From positions 9,951 through 73,950 of the forward strand of contig DATHPP010000425.1 in the NCBI GenBank assembly GCA_035483795.1: 64,000 nt of DNA. The letters are read 5' to 3'. Each line of letters opens with the position of its first letter. The stretch's first letter is position 1. The DNA comes from Tepidisphaeraceae bacterium (GTDB taxonomy: Bacteria; Planctomycetota; Phycisphaerae; Tepidisphaerales; Tepidisphaeraceae). Below the pieces are notes generated by a model. The model had not been told where the DNA came from and did not search any database. It worked only from the letters and a program-made list of their open reading frames with translations. This document shows positions 61,307-64,000 of this stretch, piece by piece. The position numbers and the translations under genes were made by a program.

Positions 61307-63296
61307 TCAGCGCGGCCTGGGCCTAATCGGCGGGCGGGAATGCACCCAGTCAAATTTCTGTTTCTCCGGCTTGGGGTCATTGGCGACTTGGATGGGACGG
61401 GGCTCGGGATTGCCGGCCCCCAGATCGAAGGCGGCGGCGCACTGGAGGACTTCCGTGTCCCACATATGGTTCGCTGAGCCGCTGGTGACCTTCACCCACA
61501 GCTCTTTCCCCGTTTTCCGCTCGAGAACCTTGTGTTCCGACGCCATCTGGCTGATGTAGTCCTCGTCGATCCCCGAATTCACCGCCCATTTGCCCAGATC
61601 GGGATCGTGAATCAGCCGGTACAGCAGGTCTTTCGCCTTCTCGGTGTCGATGTTGAACAGGACGATGTCGTGGTTCTTCTGGTGACTCTTGCCCAGCAGC
61701 GTTGCCAGCGTCGTTGACGAGCCCTTGGTCGGCCGGATGCGCAGGCGATCGGATTGAGCGAATTGATAGACCTCCGACCAGCGCGGGCCGCCCGAGTCGA
61801 TGAAAAGCACCTGCGGCGCGATGCCGTTCGGCCCGATTTGCCCCCCTGTCGCCCCCGCCCCCCCTGAAACGGAGGCGTTTTGGGCGTTTTGGACGAGATT
61901 TTGGCCGTTCTCGAGGGGAAAAACCTTGTTCAGACACCGCTGCCGCAGCTCCTCGAAAGAGTTGGCGATGCCGTGCTCGATCAGTTGGCTCCGGAACTCA
62001 TAGCCCCAGGCCCGGACAACGTAGGGGAACCATCCATCTCGGGCAGTCGTCCCTTGCGTATCGGCACTGGCGACCAGCGCTCGAGCCCAGGCGGGAACGA
62101 TGCCCGGCGGCGGGGCATTGAACGACTTTTCGCGGATGAAAGAGGGCGCTGTCTTGGCAACCTGCAACTCGAAGGGCTCGGCGAGCCACGAATTGCGGAA
62201 GTTCATCGTCTTGGCGGGGTCATGTTCGCAGCGAATGAACTCCGCGACGGCATCGGCGAAGCTGGGCCACGGTGAATACAGGCAGGAGATGTGGAACCCG
62301 ACGCGCTTCGAGCGCGGGCGCTCTCCGATCAGCTTTCCCTCCAGCGTGACCGACTGACCCTCGCTGACCCACAGACCCTTGAGGAGCATGGCGGGTTTCC
62401 GCGAGTCCTCGATCCGCGCCTTGCACTTGCTGCACTCGTACCAGGCCAGCTTGTTGACCTGGATCTCATCGGCCAGACGTACCTTGTCGGGGATGTCCAG
62501 CTTGGGCCACTTGACCTGCGTGAAAACCAGCCGCTGAAACGTCCCGCAGAAGGGGCACGGAACTTCAAAATGGCGCCTGTCGCCGCTCGCTTCGTAGGAT
62601 TTCCAGATCGCCCCTTCGCGATTGGTGGGGCTGGAGACTTTGAAGATGCGCTTGCGGTGCTGGTAGGTGAGCGTGCGCTGATAGGCCAGCGAGATCGGAT
62701 CGGCTTCGCGCCCTGAGAAGGCGATGAACTTGTCCACCTCGTCAAAGAAACACGTAGCGTATTTGGCGTGCGGCGAGAGTGGACGGCGAGCCGGCCCAGC
62801 CGCCGAACAACGTCATCGAATCCAGGACGATCGTGTGAGTTTTGGTGTCCCACTTCCGGCTGCTCATGTGGCGCTTCAGCGCCGGGGAGCTTTCCAGGAG
62901 CGGCTTGATCTTTTCAGCGAAGACCTCCTTACAGGCTTGCTCGACGGGAAGGACCAGCAGCGCCGGGCCGGGGTCCTGATCGATGCAGAAGCCGATGACG
63001 TTGTGAAGCGCCAGGCTGACGCCGATCTGCGTGGCCTTGACGACGGTGATTTCTTCGATGCCCTCCTCGACCGCGGCGTCCATGATGCCGGCGAGATAGG
63101 GCGTTCTGTCATTGTTGAACGGGCCGGGCTCGGGACTGGTGCCGGGGGCGAGAACGCGATGGACGGCCGACCATTGGCTGGGGGTGAGCCGATCGGGCCA
63201 GCTCCAGGCGCGCTGCTCGGATTCGGACCAGTGCGCTTCCGCTGCCTCTGACTGCGGCGACGGATCAGGGACGGGTGAGACAGACGGCTCAATCAC
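61307..63296 (-). CDS. terminase large subunit (lambda GpA family), reading frame broken by +1 at 62741-62747
   Basis: Track ORFs 62742..63296 (…TPYLAGIMDA…VVKATQIGVSLAL…PGPALLVLPVEQ…IRYVFL*) and 61307..62737 ((V)DKFIAFSGREADP…FEVPCPFCGTFQRLVFTQVKW…) are the two halves of one GpA-type protein. Joined, they read IRYVFLDEVDKF, a Walker B motif. Confidence 0.85.
62741..62747 (-). other. CTT TGA C at the terminase frame junction (prfB-type +1 site, or a 1-nt insertion)
   Basis: The coding strand reads GTG TTT CTT TGA CGA GGT GGA C. Shifting +1 on CTT-T gives ...V F L D E V D.... Confidence 0.4.
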
Positions 63297-63298
63297 GA

Positions 63299-63327
63299 TT
63301 GCCGGACACTGCGCATGTCGCTAGAGT
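63299..63327 (+). promoter_or_regulatory. sigma70-like promoter candidate (TTGCCG-17-TAGAGT) giving a leaderless or near-leaderless HTH mRNA
   Basis: -35 at 63299-63304, a 17-nt spacer and -10 at 63322-63327, with the start codon 7-10 nt downstream. It contains the conserved motif GTCGCTAGAGTATTG. Confidence 0.4.
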
Positions 63328-63333
63328 ATTGGC

Positions 63334-63582
63334 GTGATGGGCGCGACGCCGCTTGACAAGATGCTGACCGTCTCGGAAGTCGCCAGGGAATTGGATCGTT
63401 CCGTCGCCCGCGTGCGCCAGTTCATCGACTCGGGCGAGCTTCCCGCCCGGAAGGTGAATCCCCGCCTGTATCTGATCGATCCCGCCGATCTGGCCCGCTT
63501 CCGCAAACGCAAGCGCCCACCGGGCTGGAAGAAGGGCCGCAAGCGCGGGAAAGCCAGGGCGAAAACCCGACCGCGTTTATAG
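63334..63582 (+). CDS. excisionase/MerR-type HTH DNA-binding protein with basic tail
   Basis: MLTVSEVARELDRSVARVRQFIDSGELPARKVNPRLYLIDPADLARF followed by RKRKRPPGWKKGRKRGKARAKTR. It is a paralogue-like match to 21356..21553 and is divergent from the terminase gene. Confidence 0.7.
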   Translation: MMGATPLDKMLTVSEVARELDRSVARVRQFIDSGELPARKVNPRLYLIDPADLARFRKRKRPPGWKKGRKRGKARAKTRPRL

Positions 63583-63649
63583 CCGTCACAACCGCCGCAA
63601 CTCCCGTTACTTAGACGCTGAACAATTCTTCTCCGCAGGCGCTTTTCCG

Positions 63650-63678
63650 TTGAAATACCCTACGCACGTCGCTATAGT
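63650..63678 (+). promoter_or_regulatory. sigma70-like promoter candidate (TTGAAA-17-TATAGT)
   Basis: -35 at 63650-63655, a 17-nt spacer and -10 at 63673-63678. It contains GTCGCTATAGTATTG, the same motif as at 63317. Confidence 0.45.
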
Positions 63679-63705
63679 ATTGATGTCAGAAGAAAGGAAA
63701 CCAAA

Positions 63706-63915
63706 ATGACAACGCAAATCGAGAAGTTCGCGGCAGAGGCAGCCGAATACAAAATTGGCGACAACGTTGAGATTCGCACCGGCGAACATGCGGGCGTGAA
63801 AGGTTCGATTTCGTCGGAGCCGAGAGGGTATCGCAACCAATTCTTGAACGTGTCGAAGGACGGCGTTTACGTCGCTTGCTTCCACGTCTCCGATCTGATT
63901 CGAGTCGACGCCTGA
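63706..63915 (+). CDS. small KOW-motif-like protein
   Basis: GAAAGGAAA upstream of the ATG. YKIGDNVEIRTGEHAGVKGSI resembles a KOW motif. Confidence 0.5.
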   Translation: MTTQIEKFAAEAAEYKIGDNVEIRTGEHAGVKGSISSEPRGYRNQFLNVSKDGVYVACFHVSDLIRVDA

Positions 63916-63945
63916 TTCAAAACACGAAAGGAAAAAGGTGCTTTG

Positions 63946-64000
63946 ATGCCCCTCACAATTAACGTCGGGCTTTCGCGTAAAGCCTCCGAAGATTATCAGT
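63946..64000 (+). CDS. start of a further rightward gene (truncated by the window edge)
   Basis: ATG 63946 follows GAAAGGAAAAAGG and gives MPLTINVGLSRKASEDYQ.... Confidence 0.3.
   Translation, partial: MPLTINVGLSRKASEDYQ

Noticed and set aside
1-64000. Integrase, attachment sites, lysis cassette and small terminase.
   Set aside because: I looked for tyrosine or serine recombinase, lysozyme, holin and small-terminase motifs in all listed ORFs and found none. They may lie outside the window, so I make no claim about lysogeny or lysis.

Overview
GC-rich window that reads as most of a lambda-like tailed phage or prophage. Nearly all of it is transcribed leftward (minus strand) as one tightly packed operon, and many gene pairs overlap by 4 nt (ATGA/TGATG). 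Morphogenesis genes I can recognise: a GpA-type large terminase (interrupted by a +1 frame change), a gpW-like protein, a lambda-family portal with a very large C-terminal extension, an HK97-type protease-like protein, a major capsid protein, a DUF2190-like decoration protein, a tail tube-like protein, a chaperone-like gene with an A9 slippery run, a tape-measure-like coiled-coil protein and a 1170-aa modular repeat fibre. The unusual part is what sits between these structural genes in the same operon: at least 11 glycosyltransferase-like ORFs, at least 7 class I SAM-methyltransferase-like ORFs, a sulfotransferase-like/DUF5672-like fusion, a dual-specificity phosphatase, a histidine phosphatase, a GNAT acetyltransferase and an orphan DNA methyltransferase. 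Short plus-strand islands that appear lower in GC look like morons. They carry a prepilin-type protein with a secreted protein, a protein made of seven tandem zinc ribbons, HTH regulators and HNH endonucleases. Gene junctions hold several families of short-period repeat elements: inverted heptamer arrays, G-run elements, octamer arrays and a decamer array. Some G-run copies lie in frame inside coding sequences. The prepilin motif and the autotransporter-type beta-strand repeats suggest a Planctomycetota/Verrucomicrobiota-type host; this is inference. All functional calls rest on motifs I recognise in the translations, because no database search was possible. Many long plus-strand ORFs in the track are antisense shadows typical of GC-rich DNA and were not called.
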